Positions 61,641 to 64,000 of a stretch of DNA of 64,000 bases are shown in pieces. Each line of letters starts with the position of its first letter. Within the stretch, counting starts at the first letter, position 1. The position numbers and the translations under genes are program-made. The DNA is from an uncultured Chthonomonadaceae bacterium (GTDB lineage Bacteria; Armatimonadota; Chthonomonadetes; Chthonomonadales; Chthonomonadaceae), in the NCBI GenBank assembly GCA_963835065.1, contig CAWIEK010000044.1:160001-224000 (forward strand), in the 5' to 3' direction. The notes beneath the pieces were generated by a model. The model saw nothing but the letters and a program-made list of their open reading frames with translations, had not been told where the DNA came from and did no database searches.

Positions 61641-62653
61641 CACAGAGTTTCCCCGCCCTTATCCACAGTGTCTTTCGTGTACAATTTGGTTCCGAGCGTG
61701 ATCTTCTTTTCGACGGGTTCTTTATGCAGAATTTTCAGGGCGGTTTCTATGGCTTCCGGGCCGCCGGTGGGGTACTGGAACGTGGCGGCCAAGATGCCGT
61801 CTTTCACGTAGCGCTGGCCTTCGTTGGGCAGGCCGTCAATGCCGACGAACTTGATGGTTTTTTCCCGGCCTTTGCCTTCCTGTCTGGCCGCCATATACGC
61901 GCCGTGCGCGCTGGGGTCGTTGGCTCCGTACACGGCGTCAATATCGGGGTGCGTAGACAGGGCGGAAGTCATTTCGCGCTGCGCGTTGGGTTCCATCCAC
62001 TGGCAGTCGGCGTCGAAAACGATTTTGATTTCCGTGCCCTTGATGCCTTCCATAAAGCCGTTGTGCCGGTCATGCGAGGGGATAGTGGTTTCCAGCCCCT
62101 TCAACTCCACGACATTGCCCTTGCCGCCAAGCGCTTTCGCCATGAACTTGCCCGCCTCGCGCCCGATTTTCACATTGTCGCTGCCGATGAAGCATGTGTA
62201 CTTGTCGCCCTCGACAGCGCGATCCAGCACGATGACGGGAATACCCGCGTCCATCGCTTCTTCAACCGGGCGCGTCAGGGGGCGCGACTCTTTGGGGCTG
62301 ATGATAATCAAGTCCACTTTCTGCTGCACGAATTCGCGCAGTTGTGCCTGCTGCGTTTCGCTCTTGTTCTGCGCGTCACGCTCGATCAGTTTTATTTCCG
62401 GGTGCTTGCCTGCCGCTTCTTCAATCTCTTTGTTCATCTGCACACGCCAGGGTTCGCCCAGATTGCACTGCGACATGCCGATAGTGTAAGTTTGCCCGGC
62501 AGAAGTGGAGGCGCTCGTTCCCGCCCCTTTGGTTCCACTGTCCGCGCTCCCGGCAGAACCCCCGGAACCGCCGCTTTGATTGTTGTTACATCCGGCGAAC
62601 GCCAGGCAGGTAAATGCCAGCGCCAGCGGTTTAATATTGGTTTTCAGTTTCAT
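61640..62653 (-). CDS. sugar ABC transporter substrate-binding lipoprotein (RbsB-like)
   Basis: FAGC lipobox; IPVIVLDR, IGSDNVKIG, FVGIDG. Confidence 0.9.
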   Translation of the reverse strand: MKLKTNIKPLALAFTCLAFAGCNNNQSGGSGGSAGSADSGTKGAGTSASTSAGQTYTIGMSQCNLGEPWRVQMNKEIEEAAGKHPEIKLIERDAQNKSETQQAQLREFVQQKVDLIIISPKESRPLTRPVEEAMDAGIPVIVLDRAVEGDKYTCFIGSDNVKIGREAGKFMAKALGGKGNVVELKGLETTIPSHDRHNGFMEGIKGTEIKIVFDADCQWMEPNAQREMTSALSTHPDIDAVYGANDPSAHGAYMAARQEGKGREKTIKFVGIDGLPNEGQRYVKDGILAATFQYPTGGPEAIETALKILHKEPVEKKITLGTKLYTKDTVDKGGETL

Positions 62654-62685
62654 GCGTGTCGAACTCCTTTGGTAAACGACATTAT

Positions 62686-63742
62686 CTAACTTCGGTTTTG
62701 ACGTTGAATCAGCACGGCCACGAGGATAATGCCCGCTTGAACGATCATGCGGGGCGCGATGGGAACGGCGTTCAGGCTGAGAATTTTGTTGATATAAGCG
62801 ATAATCAAGACGCCAAGCAGGGTGAACCCCATGCCGCCCTTGCCGCCCGACAAACTGGTTCCTCCGATTACGACGGCGGCAATGGCGTCCAATTCAAAGG
62901 AAACGCCCGCTTCCGGGTCGCCGATGTCCTGTCGGCAGGCGTTCACGATGCCCGCAATGGCCGCAAAGCACGAACACAGGGCATACGTCAGCAGTTTTAC
63001 GCGCGCCACATTGATGCCGCTCAAGCGCGCCGCGCCCTCGTTGCCGCCAATCGCGTACAATTTGCGCCCATACGAGGTACGGCTGACCACAACCGCCATA
63101 ATCGCCAGCAGGATAAGAAACAGCAACGCGGCGGGCTTGATGCCGATACCCGGCCAGGCCTGACTCAGCCAGCGAAAAAAAGGCGGCGTATCCTGCGTAA
63201 GTTTGTACCAGGGCTGCGCGGCGGGCTGCACCTTGATGCCGCCCGAAATCAGCTTGGCAAGCCCGCGCGCTCCGGTCATCATGGCAAGCGTGGCGATAAA
63301 CGGCTGCATCCGAAAGCGCGAAATCAACAGCCCGTTGACCGCGCCCGCCGCCAGTCCGAACAGAGACCGTCAGGGCAACGGCGGGCGCAATGCTCCAGCC
63401 GTAGCCAATCGTCAGCAGCGCGAACAGCGTTGCCGCGCAGCCTAAGACGGAGCCGACCGACAAATCAATGCCGCCGGTCAAAATCACCAGCGTCATGCCG
63501 GTTGCCAGCAGGCCGTATTCGCAATACTCGTAGAGAATATCCAGTTGTGTGCGTGGCAGCAGGAAAATGGATGTATTGGAGCCGCGAACATGCGGCGTGA
63601 AGATGCACCCCAGGATGAAAACAAACACAAACGCGAACAATCCGCGATACTGGTCTAATCCCTGCCAACGGCTGCGCCTGCCTTGTTCCGCGCTTTGCGC
63701 CAAGCCCTGCGCCGTATTTGGTTCCGTGCCTTCTGCGGCCAA
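62686..63742 (-). CDS. sugar ABC transporter permease (RbsC-like), +1 frameshift near 63367
   Basis: GMTLVILTGGIDLSVGS; PFIATLA, YAIGGNEGAARLSGI, ELDAIAAVVIGGTSLSGG. Confidence 0.9.
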
Positions 63743-64000
63743 GATGCGTTCTCCTAAAATGACTTTTGCAGGATGGTCATGCTGACCGATACGCCGCCGA
63801 ATGGCGCGCATGAGGATTGTTCGCCAAAACGCCTGCCAATTCCTCCTGATTGTCATAATTCAGCAGAAGGATAGCGGCACAAAGCGGCGAAAAACAAACC
63901 GGAGGGAAGTGATTACCAGAGGCGAATGACATTGTAGCGGTCAAACATGACATCGGCGCTGACGATGGGCATCGGTTCTACCAGGCCTTGCGCAATAAGG

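Overview
GC-rich bacterial chromosomal segment. Gene content suggests Armatimonadota or a similar lineage, but this is inference only. It holds an fhaA-pstP-Ser/Thr kinase signalling cluster, a six-gene DUF6754-type membrane operon behind a perfect sigma70 promoter, ilvD, a peptidoglycan hydrolase pair, purEK, several toxin-antitoxin-like modules, a DUF1549/1553-DUF1501 pair, a redoxin/Cu-monooxygenase-like operon, gyrA with a 207-aa intein, mtaB, tRNA-Ser(GGA), nadD-rsfS, tatD, a PEP-CTERM protein, an MFS transporter and part of a sugar ABC operon. Two patterns stand out. (1) A dense family of palindromic elements has arms built from many different 7-9 nt tandem repeats. They sit between genes, nest, supply stop codons, insert in frame into proteins and mark the junctions of a chimeric pseudogene. 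(2) At two loci, diverged copies of the 3' ends of neighbouring genes are stacked between different cargo genes, as if alternative alleles of one variable slot had been laid down in tandem. About seven frameshifts, several in conserved genes, look like single-base sequencing insertions. Family names come from motif recognition, not from database searches.
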